A stretch of DNA of 64,000 nucleotides. Origin: an uncultured Nitrososphaeraceae archaeon (GTDB lineage: Archaea > Thermoproteota > Nitrososphaeria > Nitrososphaerales > Nitrososphaeraceae). Numbering within the stretch: the first letter of the stretch is position 1; the number at the start of each line of letters is the position of its first letter. Under the pieces are notes generated by a model. That model did not search any database and was not told the DNA's origin. It was given only the letters and a program-made list of their open reading frames with translations. Where the stretch lies: assembly GCA_963729045.1 (NCBI GenBank), contig CAVSMN010000020.1, forward strand, positions 160,001 to 224,000, read 5' to 3'. This document shows, piece by piece, positions 10,420 to 25,811 of this stretch. A program made the position numbers and the translations under genes.

Positions 10420-10674
10420 AATATGATATTTGTTAAAAAGTGTATGGAGTGGACATTATTGATATGGATGACACAGGACATACTAATGATCGTAGGATTA
10501 CTAGGATTAGTTATTTCTTCAGCGGATGAAATCTATAATGCAGAAAAGATTTCCATCTTGCTAAATTTTTCAGTGACATGGTATTAGGATATCACTTTTT
10601 CATTACAAAAACCAATTTAATAGAAATGCAAAAATGCAATAGTATTTAAGTATAACTTTATATATTTTATAAAT

Positions 10675-11268
10675 ATGTCATTCAATCTTAATGATAGTCC
10701 AACACATTTCATAGTTCTTAATGCAATATATAAGAATTTTAATACTTTAGATAAAATCATAAAATTTACAAAACTTACAAAATCAGAAGTTGAGACAATT
10801 CTTAAGGAATTAGAAAGTCAACGACTTGTCATTAAATTTGAAAAGAAAATATTTTTCCTAGGGAAGAAAATGCAATATAAATTAACAGAGACGGGATTAA
10901 AAATACTAACTTCAAAACAACAGGAACTAGAGAATAAGTTGAGACAAGTTCAGCAATGGTATTCACAAGGTGATAAGGCCCAACTCCAAACATTTATGGG
11001 AAATAACAGATCATGGATGCCATTTTTGATTTTTTCAGGCATTATGGATATGGTGTTTTTTATGTCATTAATGTCATTTATGGGTATGGCCCTTAATCCA
11101 ATGGAGAGTTCAATGGCTGGAGACACAGGAGATACCGGTGGCACGGGGTCGGAGTCTGATTCTGGAGCCGGCACGGAAACAGGAGCAACAGAAAATGTAG
11201 ACATGCAGGGCGGAGACGTAGGGGGAGGAGGATTTGATTTTGATGGTGGAGGTTTTGACAGCTTTTAA
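10675..11268 (+). CDS. Winged-HTH protein with a hydrophobic segment and Gly/Asp-rich tail
   Basis: N-terminal wHTH ending YKLTETG; Met/Phe-rich hydrophobic stretch; C-terminal GGGGFDFDGGGFDSF. Confidence 0.75.
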   Translation: MSFNLNDSPTHFIVLNAIYKNFNTLDKIIKFTKLTKSEVETILKELESQRLVIKFEKKIFFLGKKMQYKLTETGLKILTSKQQELENKLRQVQQWYSQGDKAQLQTFMGNNRSWMPFLIFSGIMDMVFFMSLMSFMGMALNPMESSMAGDTGDTGGTGSESDSGAGTETGATENVDMQGGDVGGGGFDFDGGGFDSF

Positions 11269-11407
11269 TAAAACATAATTTTTTTGATATTTTACACTAT
11301 AGATTCTGAATATGGGCTACATTAATTCAATATTTAGTCAGTCAATGTAAATAAGTCAATTCAATAAAAATATATTTAATTTTATAATATGAAGAGATAA
11401 TCGCAGT

Positions 11408-11632
11408 ATGACAAGGAAGGAGATATTAAAGATTTTTTTTATCGCATTAATTACCGGAAATATAATGGGCATAGTATTGATTCAAATATTTGATACTCTT
11501 ACCATTACGAGTTTAATAATTCTTGAAATATCACTGATAATAACCATAGTTTTACTATTCATCGCAAGTAAGTTATGGAATAAAAGACTAGCCAAAAAAA
11601 CAAACCGCGAAAAAGAAAACAACCCAGAATAA
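11408..11632 (+). CDS. Small membrane protein (2 TM)
   Basis: Two hydrophobic helices and a basic tail. Confidence 0.6.
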   Translation: MTRKEILKIFFIALITGNIMGIVLIQIFDTLTITSLIILEISLIITIVLLFIASKLWNKRLAKKTNREKENNPE

Positions 11633-11795
11633 TATTATAAAAATATTCAGAAACATTAGATCCAGCATCTGAATTTTATTTCATTTTACTTTGCGAGATA
11701 GTTCTTCTTCCAGTCTAGTACTATACTTTCAAAGCCGAGATCAACTTGGATTATATAAAATCTGCAAAAGCATCATTGATTTACCCCCAATTAAT

Positions 11796-13616
11796 TCACT
11801 GTTGAGGTATTTTAAAATAAAAGGTAGCACCGCCATTAGGATTATTGACTGCCCAGATCTTGCCATTATGAGAATTAATAATACTCTTTGATATAAACAA
11901 GCCCAGACCAGTACCTTCAAAAGACTTGGAGGTAAATTTCGTAAACAATCTTGGAAGTATATCAGGATCGATACCTTGTCCAGTATCCGAGATACTGACG
12001 ATCACATTTTCAATATTTTTTACCGCATCTCTCTCGATTTTTACATCGATGCCAATCGATCCTTTTTCAGTAAACTTTACAGAATTACCAAGAAGGTTAA
12101 AAATAACCTGTGTGATTCGATTTTTGTCTGCAAATACAAAGATGTCTTGGGGTTCATATATTATATTCAAATTTTCCAGCTGTTCTGGATTACTGCTTAA
12201 TAGCTGGGTTTTTATATCACTGATCGATGACAAAATAATGTCCTTAATATTAAAGCGTTCTTTGTTAAGCTTCAGGGACTGACTTTCAATCTTAGTAATA
12301 TCCAAAATATCTGATGCTAATCTCTTTAAGCGTTTGGCGTTTCTAATAATAGAACTCACTTGTTCTCTGTCAACTTTGACTTCTTCTTTTCCATCTTCGA
12401 ATTGCTTTTCAAGAAATATCGCATCTCCAAGTATAGGCATTATGGGAGTTCTCAATTCATGAGCAGCAATATTTATGAATTCTTTCTGCATCTTATCATG
12501 AATGCTTAGTTTTTCATTGGCCGATTCGAGTAACTTATTATAATTTATCAATGAATTATTTGCATCTTTTAGCTCTATAGTTCTCGAATTTACTGCGGAC
12601 TCTAGTCGTTTATTCCAGGAAAGGATCAAAAACGCAATGCCCAAGGCTACCGCTCCAATTATCAGGATCATTAAAGTGCTAAAATTTTTCTGATTATTAA
12701 TCAAGAATCCCACCTCAGCTGCTAATTGATGTGGAGAGCTTACAAACAAAGTCCACAAATACTTTCCACCTATATAGACTGGTTGATATGTAATAGTAGT
12801 CTTGTTTCCCCCATCCAGTATTAGATCTTCGGCTCCAGCAGATCCTTGAAGAGATCTAGCCAATAGAGAATTATATGGTCCTCTAATTTCCTCGGGTACT
12901 AGGGATTGAAATTCTTCTCCAAGATAATATTTTCCAATGAGCGAAGGATTACTACCATAAATAATAATACCATTCTTATCCATTAATCCAACATTGCCTG
13001 CTACTTGAGGGGCCAATTCGCTTTGTAAAAAACGACCTAATTCATGGATTTTGATTGATGCAACGATAACCCCTTTAAACACAGGTTCTCCGGCGGATTG
13101 TTTCATAATAGGAAATGAAATATAAAGTCGCGGAATTTTATCTATAGACTCTATTGCACTACTATAATAGCTAGCATGAGTCTCTTTAGGGATAACAAAA
13201 TATTCTCGATTACTTAAATCAATATCACTATATGAATCAATTATGCTAGAGTTAACGTTGCTTATTGAGACAATTCGACCATTTTCATTTATCCAATAAT
13301 ATCCCTCAGTCAATGACTTTGTCGAGTTCTGAACTTCATCCATAATTATTTTAGTTCCATCTATATTGCTGTAGTTTACAATTTTAGATAAGATCTCGAG
13401 GTTAGTAGATACTGGATCTATGATATGTAACAGAGTTTTAGAAAGACCATCTGTTTCAATTATAGCATTTGACCTGATATCACTAGAAGCAATCTCACCA
13501 ATTTGATCTGCGGTTAGGCCAGAATAATGATAAGATAATATAGACAAAGAAATACCTACGCCAATTACAAGAATTAGCAAGAAAATATTATTTCTAGATG
13601 ATACTATACTTATCAT
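11796..13616 (-). CDS. Membrane sensor histidine kinase with dCache-like extracellular domain
   Basis: Two TM helices, DLSNREYF Cache motif, H-box AAHELRTP, N/G boxes NLLGNSVKFT, DTGQGI, GTGLGL. Confidence 0.93.
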   Translation of the reverse strand: MISIVSSRNNIFLLILVIGVGISLSILSYHYSGLTADQIGEIASSDIRSNAIIETDGLSKTLLHIIDPVSTNLEILSKIVNYSNIDGTKIIMDEVQNSTKSLTEGYYWINENGRIVSISNVNSSIIDSYSDIDLSNREYFVIPKETHASYYSSAIESIDKIPRLYISFPIMKQSAGEPVFKGVIVASIKIHELGRFLQSELAPQVAGNVGLMDKNGIIIYGSNPSLIGKYYLGEEFQSLVPEEIRGPYNSLLARSLQGSAGAEDLILDGGNKTTITYQPVYIGGKYLWTLFVSSPHQLAAEVGFLINNQKNFSTLMILIIGAVALGIAFLILSWNKRLESAVNSRTIELKDANNSLINYNKLLESANEKLSIHDKMQKEFINIAAHELRTPIMPILGDAIFLEKQFEDGKEEVKVDREQVSSIIRNAKRLKRLASDILDITKIESQSLKLNKERFNIKDIILSSISDIKTQLLSSNPEQLENLNIIYEPQDIFVFADKNRITQVIFNLLGNSVKFTEKGSIGIDVKIERDAVKNIENVIVSISDTGQGIDPDILPRLFTKFTSKSFEGTGLGLFISKSIINSHNGKIWAVNNPNGGATFYFKIPQQ

Positions 13617-13654
13617 TTACAAGCTGTTTAACATTTTTGATATAAAAATTCCAT

Positions 13655-14074
13655 TTAAATTGCTAACATAGATTTAATCTTGAAAACTAAATCATTCATA
13701 TCGATCGGTTTAATAATGAAATCTTTAACATCAATTGAAGGAAGAACTTTTGTAAATTCATCTCTGTTTATTTCAAACGCAGTAATGAACGCAATTTTGG
13801 TATCAGGGCGCATTTCCTTGATATTTCTATATAGCTCGAAACCATTCATCCTAGGCATTCTAATATCAGTGATGATTACGTCATAGTAGCCTGATTCATG
13901 ATTTTTAAAAGAGCTAAACGCATCATGGCCACTAGAAAATACTTCCACCTTAAATTCATTTGTTATTTCCAAATCTCTCTTAATAACTCTAAGAATATCT
14001 TTTTCATCATCCACTACCATTATTCTAGCCATCTTATTCTTGTAAGGATTGTTAATTTCAACTTCGGACGTCAT
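13655..14074 (-). CDS. Single-domain response regulator
   Basis: MVVDDE, ITDIRMPRMNG, FITA, FIIKP. Confidence 0.93.
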   Translation of the reverse strand: MTSEVEINNPYKNKMARIMVVDDEKDILRVIKRDLEITNEFKVEVFSSGHDAFSSFKNHESGYYDVIITDIRMPRMNGFELYRNIKEMRPDTKIAFITAFEINRDEFTKVLPSIDVKDFIIKPIDMNDLVFKIKSMLAI

Positions 14075-14534
14075 GGATATTATTTTTACACTAATAATTG
14101 ATTAAAGGAAATATATTAATTAGCATTTCTAAAGAATTCGTAATTCCTTTATACAATAGAATAAGCTGAAGACATTTGATAGTTTAATTTTAATAGTACA
14201 AAGTTCATCCGTGAAAAAACAATGCTAGTTATAGTTACATATATTTAACAAGGTGATATCAATATCATTTATCCAGAGAATTGTTGTTTCAAAACTAAGG
14301 CATTCTCAAGATGGCATAGTGTCAATGAGACATTGGAAGAAATATTAATAAAGACTTATAGACTCGAAAACGATGGAGACGGTATCAAATGAAAATACAG
14401 ATATTAATTGTATGTTCAATCCACTAGGAAGAGATTTTATATAATTTTAATATCCATAAACCAAATTTTCGTGTTTTAGAACAAAGACTTGAATAAAGAT
14501 TAATTTAACAATACGTCAAAATAATTTAAAACGC

Positions 14535-14978
14535 ATGTCATTCACAATAAGAGAAATTGAAGAGAATGATTTTGATAATGGGTTTTTTGAAACACTCTCA
14601 AACTTATCCACGATAGGAGGCATAGACACCAATGAAGTGTTAAAAAAAGAAATCATAAAAGAAATCATAACAAATAAGGATTATGTAATAATTATATCAG
14701 AGGATGCAAAGAGTCGAGAGGTCATCGGCACAGCCACATTATTTATAGAACAAAAATTCATCCATAACGGAGGTAAGGTTGGCCACATAGAAGATGTAGC
14801 AACTAGAAAAGGGTACGAAGGTAGAGGTATTGGTAGAGAAATAATAAAAAAGCTAATCACCATATCACGGGACCGTGGATGCTATAAAATAATTCTTGAT
14901 TGTGATGAAAAAGTATCTAAATTTTACGAAAAAATAGGGTTCAAGAAGAAAGCAATAATGTTAAGATTTGATCTATAG
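14535..14978 (+). CDS. GNAT acetyltransferase, glucosamine-6-phosphate N-acetyltransferase (GNA1)-like
   Basis: EQKFIHNGGKVGHIEDVA..GRGIG..GCYKIILDC..FYEKIGF. Confidence 0.88.
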   Translation: MSFTIREIEENDFDNGFFETLSNLSTIGGIDTNEVLKKEIIKEIITNKDYVIIISEDAKSREVIGTATLFIEQKFIHNGGKVGHIEDVATRKGYEGRGIGREIIKKLITISRDRGCYKIILDCDEKVSKFYEKIGFKKKAIMLRFDL

Positions 14979-15005
14979 CGCCAGTTTTGGCACAAGCAAT
15001 TTATA

Positions 15006-15395
15006 TTGTCAGAAATAGTACCTAACATGGATGAAAATATAGAATTAACTGTCATAAAGAATAGACCGCTAGAAAGAATTTTTAGAAATAATATTGCCAG
15101 AGTGATTGATTTCCTTATAATAAATCAGCAGTTTAATTTTACTACAGTAGAAATAAGCAAATCTAGTGAAATACCTCTAAGAACAGTCCAAAGAATCATC
15201 CCCCAATTAGTTCAAAACAAGATTGTAATAGAAAATAAATATAAAGGCAAGATTAAAAATTATGAATTGAACAGAAATTCTAAATTAGTTGAAATTTTGA
15301 GATTATATTCGATTGAGACCGTAAATGCATTTATTGAAGAAGCCATAGATGAAAACAGGACTCGAGCTTTGATTTCAAATAGCAAGTTAGTTTGA
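15006..15395 (+). CDS. Winged-HTH DNA-binding protein
   Basis: ARVIDFL..TTVEISKSSEIPLRTVQRIIPQL..YELN; start uncertain. Confidence 0.7.
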   Translation: MSEIVPNMDENIELTVIKNRPLERIFRNNIARVIDFLIINQQFNFTTVEISKSSEIPLRTVQRIIPQLVQNKIVIENKYKGKIKNYELNRNSKLVEILRLYSIETVNAFIEEAIDENRTRALISNSKLV

Positions 15396-15604
15396 ATTCA
15401 CCCTTCGACTACCACAAATAAAAGAAAGTCCAATCATAACAATTCATTTAGAAGAAAAAAATCATAAAACTCTGAACATAATCAAAATTACTTTGACAAA
15501 TTATAATGCTATTCTTTACGCATGAAATAGAAATGTAGTTCATATTTTTTGTGTATTGTGAGTGAGTGCAATTAAGAAAGATAATGTATTTTACATACAT
15601 ACTT

Positions 15605-15632
15605 TTGCTTGCTTGCTTGCTTGTTTGTTTGT
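15605..15632. repeat. Tetranucleotide microsatellite (TTGC)4 followed by (TTGT)3 in the rRNA trailer
   Basis: Read directly from the sequence. Confidence 0.8.
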
Positions 15633-15682
15633 TTTTGTTTTTTATAGTTACTTGTCGGTTGTAATTTTTTAATTACAGATCA

Positions 15683-18630
<2,948 letters not shown>

Positions 18631-19534
18631 AGTCCAGTAGTTATAAATTAATTAATAAATTAATTAATTAATTAATTACTTTTTTATTTGGAGTTTTTCT
18701 TTCTTTGTCCTTTGGATCTTTTGTTTGTTATTAGTTATCTAATTAGTTAGTTAGTTAGTTAGTTCCACTTGTGGTAGAAAAGTCTAATTCAATTTGGTTG
18801 GTATTGGTATTTCGTATGTATGTTTATATATTAAATCTGTTTGCACTACAACCAGTTACACATAATATTTTACTACAATTCACTATTCCATTATTACGCG
18901 AATAGAAAATAATCTATTATCATAATAATTTTGAATTAGTATTAGTTATTCTATGTATTTTATTTTCTATCCATATATGATTGGAGTTTTCCTTTACATG
19001 ATGATCATTGTAAACTCACATTTACTACATCAACTTCATTCTTTATCTTCTACTCCTCATTTACATGAGACAAAGAATTGCATCCGATACTATATGCTGA
19101 TTTTAATTGGAATGATCAGATAGATGATTTATGATTTTGTTTAGAATTCATTATAATATTTACACAGATTACGCCAATAGAACTCTAACAAATATGAATA
19201 TTTTTTGTATAAAAATACAACATACTAATCAGTTTTTCAAACCGTATGAAAAATGAAGGAATTGATTGATCAGTTTTGATTTGATTGCACTCCCTTCTTT
19301 ATCTACCATCCTACTCTACTGCTATACTATCTTATCATCGTCCATTCGTAATGGACAGGACAGGACAGACAGATAAGTGTGTATAGTATGGATGTGATTG
19401 ATTGGATGGTTGATTGGTAGATAGATTTAGGGATTTTATTTTATTTTATTAGTATAATTATTGTAAAGTCTCGCAGATTAGAAAGAGCACAAGGCCCTTT
19501 CTAACCCACTACCACTACTACAATATAATAACTA
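18631..19534 (-). other. 16S-23S internal transcribed spacer (about 900 bp, no tRNA)
   Basis: AT-rich sequence between the rRNA genes with long hairpins and microsatellites, e.g. (TTAG)5 at 18743-18762. Confidence 0.9.
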
Positions 19535-21003
<1,469 letters not shown>

Positions 21004-21854
21004 CAAATAAAGTAAATAATGGCTGTAGAATTATTATTTACTTTATTATAAATCGTCGGTTGATTCTCACATAAACAAACTAACTTTTTTTACGAGGTTG
21101 TTTGTTTATTTTATATATAAATATCGTCCATTTCTCTTCTTCTTCTTCTGTTATCTTCTTCCCCATCTCAGGAAAGAATAGATCGAAAAATTGAAAGGAC
21201 GTTTATTGAGTTTCTTTCTTTATTGTTATTCTATTTCAGATTAACAATAAAGAGAAAGAGTACGATCGAAAAACTAGATTTGTATGTTGTTTTTTTTTCA
21301 CAAATAATAAAATCACACATTTAGTTAGATTTGTTCTATAGGATCATCTTTAATGCAATTATAATAGCATTATAGTGATCTATACTTCGATATCATCTAT
21401 CTGATCATTCCCATGTCAGATTCAATCTATCAGGTCAGCACTGATTTTTTTGATCGAATCTCCCTCATCATTTTCATGTTAACTAGTTTAATGACATCGA
21501 TTAGTTGTTTCATCGAAAAGTAGTTACTTTGTTATAGTTACTAATTTTTCCATTCACATTCTAACTCCTGTGCGACTTGCATAGTACAAGTCAAAATAGA
21601 TTTTTGTTCAGTATAATATTAACCTTAGGTTATGAATAATTTTAATCAGGAAGAGATATTGGGCAAGAAATATTTCAAGTTATGCCCCATCTTTTACTAC
21701 GATCTATCCAATTTCTTGATCCGAAATTAAAAATATCACTAAATAATAGGATTGGTTTGTTAAAAAATGTGTCATTTAACAAGATGCTCTTGGTTTGAAC
21801 ATTATTTGGTTGTATGCTGAACGATATCCACTTCTCAGAATCCTTATAAATTGA

Positions 21855-22637
21855 TTATTGGACATCAACGTTAATTCGCTGGTTGATGTCGTATTCACCA
21901 ATTCTTTGAACGGTTATTTTTATATTCCATTTCCCTTCTTGACTAAGATAATTTCCAGTAGAGGAATAATTTCCCACTCCTACTTTTTTCATAGTATCAA
22001 CCAGTGGCCCCAAGTTCTTATCAGGATTATTGAATTCTAAAAACACATTCCTAATATTTTCAACCGCGGTACCATTTACATGATAGATGTGAAGATCAAA
22101 GGTATTTGAACCCACTTTAAAAGGAGCAATATTAAAATTAAGAACTACATTGTCAGTGGTTGTAATATTAGTAGAATAATCGGGTGATATATTTGATATA
22201 TTATCTGATGGTTGTTGGGTTCTACTGTTGTTGTCTTCAACTGAAAAGACATATGAGCCTTTTGTAATATGCCCGTCGTCTTTAGACAATACAAGCCAAT
22301 TGACGGTGTAAACGCCCGGGATAACTTTAGATGAGTCTAAAGTAACAGAAAGTGACTTATTTGAATCAGATGCCCTTAAATCGTTGTTATCGATTCTTTC
22401 ATTATTAGAATTCATTATTTTGATACTACTTGCTCTTGGCTCTGGATTTTCCGTAAATGCGATAGTTACTTGGTCAGGTACTGATTTTGGAGAATCGATT
22501 ATTTCATTGGGTTCAGGCAAATAAGTTACAGGACTTGCGTGACCGAATACGGGTAATAATGATACAGATGTCAAAATCGATATACCAGTTCCTACTATAG
22601 AAACCACAGCAACAAACAAAATTGCTGAAAAATTCAT
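21855..22637 (-). CDS. Copper resistance CopC domain fused to a YtkA/FixH-like domain
   Basis: Signal peptide then HASPVTYLP; YTVNWLVLSKDDGH.TKGSYVF CopC signature; C-terminal PFKVGSNTF..GKWNIKITVQR. Confidence 0.85.
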   Translation of the reverse strand: MNFSAILFVAVVSIVGTGISILTSVSLLPVFGHASPVTYLPEPNEIIDSPKSVPDQVTIAFTENPEPRASSIKIMNSNNERIDNNDLRASDSNKSLSVTLDSSKVIPGVYTVNWLVLSKDDGHITKGSYVFSVEDNNSRTQQPSDNISNISPDYSTNITTTDNVVLNFNIAPFKVGSNTFDLHIYHVNGTAVENIRNVFLEFNNPDKNLGPLVDTMKKVGVGNYSSTGNYLSQEGKWNIKITVQRIGEYDINQRINVDVQ

Positions 22638-22846
22638 AAACTATATTTACAATTAAGATATAATATGATTATTGTACAAATGTCGAAGTCGCTAACGTAT
22701 ATGGTTTCAAAATCAATAGCTGAATTGTGAGTTTTCATTGGACATAAGATCGTGATTATACAATTTTGCATCAAAAATTGGAGTTAATCTATACGTTCGA
22801 AGATTGTACAACAATTGTTATAATAAACTTTAAACATAAACTCTTT

Positions 22847-23464
22847 ATGAATAAAAATCATCTGATTCTTTTGGGAGCTGTAATAGCAGTCTCGATGTTA
22901 GCAGCTCCTGTGTTGCAAATGTCATATGCTCACCAAAGAGCCCTTTTTAACATAAACGGGAAAGATTACTTGTTTGTTATTGGTTCTGCAAATGAACCAT
23001 TATATGTAGATGATAAAACTGCAGCTACACTTGATGGATACTGGCCAAATGCTTCAGATCCAACCAATAGTAGAGCAAACGGGACCCAACCAATTACTGG
23101 ACTAGAAAACATGTTAAAGGTGGAAATATTAGCCGGTGACAAGAACATGACATCTAATTTGGATCCTGCATTTGGTGAAGTAGGAAAATATGAATCAGAG
23201 ACATTTTATCCAACAGTTGCAACAACATTTGACTATAGAATTTATGGAAACATCAATGGAACGAACTTTGATGTAACATTCTCATGTCAACCAGCAGGAG
23301 GAGAATCTGCATCTTCTGATAACTCTACAGTCGATATTTCCGAAAATGTGGTAAGAAAGGCACTGCAAGGAGGTTTTGGATGTCCTGAAGATAGAATAGG
23401 ATTCCCCGAACCCTATATTTCACAATATGATCTAAGCCAACAACTGAATAGGACCTCTACTTAA
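22847..23464 (+). CDS. Secreted hypothetical protein with predicted mature N-terminal His
   Basis: Signal peptide MNKNH...SYA followed by HQRALF; GSANEP and FYPT..DYRIYGNING motifs; followed by a T-tract. Confidence 0.8.
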   Translation: MNKNHLILLGAVIAVSMLAAPVLQMSYAHQRALFNINGKDYLFVIGSANEPLYVDDKTAATLDGYWPNASDPTNSRANGTQPITGLENMLKVEILAGDKNMTSNLDPAFGEVGKYESETFYPTVATTFDYRIYGNINGTNFDVTFSCQPAGGESASSDNSTVDISENVVRKALQGGFGCPEDRIGFPEPYISQYDLSQQLNRTST

Positions 23465-24079
23465 TTTTTTATTTATTTTTATAAATATTGTAATACATAT
23501 TATGCTTTTGAATGATATTTGTTTTTATTCTCTCATTTGATACATCATTTGACCTCTTAACTAATATTCCAAATTTCCATTGCTCAGTAAGGATCTTATC
23601 ACCATCGCCTCCTCAAAATCGGTAACGTCCACAAACAATGCAATAGCTAATGCAGTATCGATTGTATCCTAGGTAGCCGTCACATGATTAACCTGCAACA
23701 AAATATTTTATAAACCTCTAAACTATTTGAGGAGTAAATCCTGAAGAGAAAATGGAAGATGAGAAATAATTGTCATTTTCCAAGCTCAAATCATTCTTAA
23801 AGCTAATCACATTATCCGCGACAGCAATTACAGTTGCATCTATATTATAGTTATTTTCTCAAAGTATCCAAATTATTAGTCCGAGACAAGAACTGCAATT
23901 ATGATAAGTAGATTTAACTCTTGATTAACGATTTAGGATTATAGAAATTATAGATCAAATATTCAATATTGATAGGAGAAAGGAACGGCTGGTGGTGTTT
24001 TTGGTAATGGAGAGATGAGATATAAAAATACATAAAAATATTAACGTATAGTCCAATACGATTCAGAAAGGCGTTTAAT

Positions 24080-25081
24080 TTGATCCAGATAGATGAAGAC
24101 AGAATTTTTGATATCATTAGAGAGAGAAAACCTCGTTCCGTAGCTCTGAATGGTCCTGAACCCCTATTACCAAAAATTCAAAAAGTTTCTGAAAAAATTG
24201 AAATTGAATTCAACATAATATCATATATAATAGGAGATAAGAGCTGGGGTTCTTGTGATCTTAACACACATGCTGCAGAGATGCTGGGTGCAGACATATT
24301 ATTTAACGTAGGGCATACTATAACTATAGAAAATTTTGGAGAGAAAGTATTCATGATAAATGCTTTTGATACCATAGGGTTTGATAATGTTGCACTAAAA
24401 TGCGCAACGGAATTAAAGGGGCGATTTAAGACTATATCATTAGTTACAGACAGTCAGCACTTGCATCAAATTGACATGGTCAAAAAGATTTTTGAGGATA
24501 ACGGTTTTGTCGTGGTAAAAGGGAAAGGCAAAGGACAATTGAATGATGCACAAGTCTTTGGTTGTGAATTTCATCCACTACACAACATCAAAAGTGAAAT
24601 TGATGCTTTTATTTTTCTTGGCCAAAGTAGATTCCATTCGATAGGGATAGCCCTTTCCACAGAAAAACCAACATTTATGCTAAATCCATATTTTGAGGAA
24701 TTTTTGCAAATCAATAACGAAGCAGAAGTTGTCAAGAAGAGAGCAATACTCTCTGTGTACAAGGCACTCGATGCAAGAACATTAGGGATAATAATAGGAT
24801 TAAAAGAAGGGCAATTTGCAAATATTAAAGCTTTAGAATTTAAGAAAGAGCTAAGTAAATTAGGAATTAATGTACAACTTATAGCTTTGACCGAGATTTC
24901 AAATGAGAAGTTAGAAAACTTTAGAGAAATTGATGCTTTTATTCAAGTAGCATGTCCACGATTAGGAACTGATAATTATTTTTCCAAACCAGTACTATCA
25001 GTTCCACAAGGATTAGCTTTGATAAAGTTATTAAAGAAAGAACCCATCGAAGAATTTTTCAAAATTCAGCATTGGTTATAG
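24080..25081 (+). CDS. dph2: Diphthamide biosynthesis enzyme Dph2
   Basis: WGSCD, QVFGCEF and ACPRL (three Fe-S cysteines). Confidence 0.93.
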   Translation: MIQIDEDRIFDIIRERKPRSVALNGPEPLLPKIQKVSEKIEIEFNIISYIIGDKSWGSCDLNTHAAEMLGADILFNVGHTITIENFGEKVFMINAFDTIGFDNVALKCATELKGRFKTISLVTDSQHLHQIDMVKKIFEDNGFVVVKGKGKGQLNDAQVFGCEFHPLHNIKSEIDAFIFLGQSRFHSIGIALSTEKPTFMLNPYFEEFLQINNEAEVVKKRAILSVYKALDARTLGIIIGLKEGQFANIKALEFKKELSKLGINVQLIALTEISNEKLENFREIDAFIQVACPRLGTDNYFSKPVLSVPQGLALIKLLKKEPIEEFFKIQHWL

Positions 25082-25343
25082 GATAAGTTTGGATAACACC
25101 ACAATTCCGAATCATTTGATATTAAACTTGTGGTATATATTAGATATACAATACAATTCTTCTGCATGAGTGACATTTTATTGAGATTACCAATCAATCT
25201 CCTAATCAATAGGTTTAATAAAAAATAAACAATAGCATAAGTAGCATTGTTTGGTTTTTCAAACAATAATTATTATCCCGAATAATTGTTGCAGTAGAAT
25301 TTGTAAAGATTATATTTAATCATCTGCTATCATAAGCAAATTT

Positions 25344-25811
25344 ATGGTAGTTATATCAAAAAGGCTTTCCCTGATAATATTTTTTATTGCAGGATTCATT
25401 TTTATTGGGATAGGTATTGTTTCAATTATTGATTCGAACATCCCTAGATATGTAGAAATTACTGAGATGATAAAACCAAATCAATCTGGAATATTCACTC
25501 CAGATATGAATTCGGGTAACATCGCAAATATTTATGTTAATGGATCTGAATCTACAGTACTAATGATAGACCCCAACAATAAATTGATAATGAATAAAAC
25601 TGGAAATACGGGGGTAATGAATGAAACTGTTACGTCAGAAGTAAATGGTAAGTACAAAATTCAGGTTATTAATGAAGGAGAAAATACATTGAATTTGAAT
25701 TTAGGGGCATTTTCGAAGGCCAGTCCACTTGCGTTTAGTGGCCAAATGATGTTGATCATAACAGGTGTTGTAATATTAGGATTAGGAATCAGAACCAGAA
25801 TGCAGTCATAA
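25344..25811 (+). CDS. Membrane protein with N- and C-terminal TM helices and a small beta-rich domain
   Basis: Hydrophobic termini flanking a beta-rich region (GKYKIQVINEG). Confidence 0.7.
   Translation: MVVISKRLSLIIFFIAGFIFIGIGIVSIIDSNIPRYVEITEMIKPNQSGIFTPDMNSGNIANIYVNGSESTVLMIDPNNKLIMNKTGNTGVMNETVTSEVNGKYKIQVINEGENTLNLNLGAFSKASPLAFSGQMMLIITGVVILGLGIRTRMQS

Noticed and set aside
23559..23700. Short minus-strand hydrophobic frame (DTALAIALFVDVTDFEEAMVIRSLL) suggesting a transporter remnant
   Set aside because: Too short, no start codon, and no confident family match
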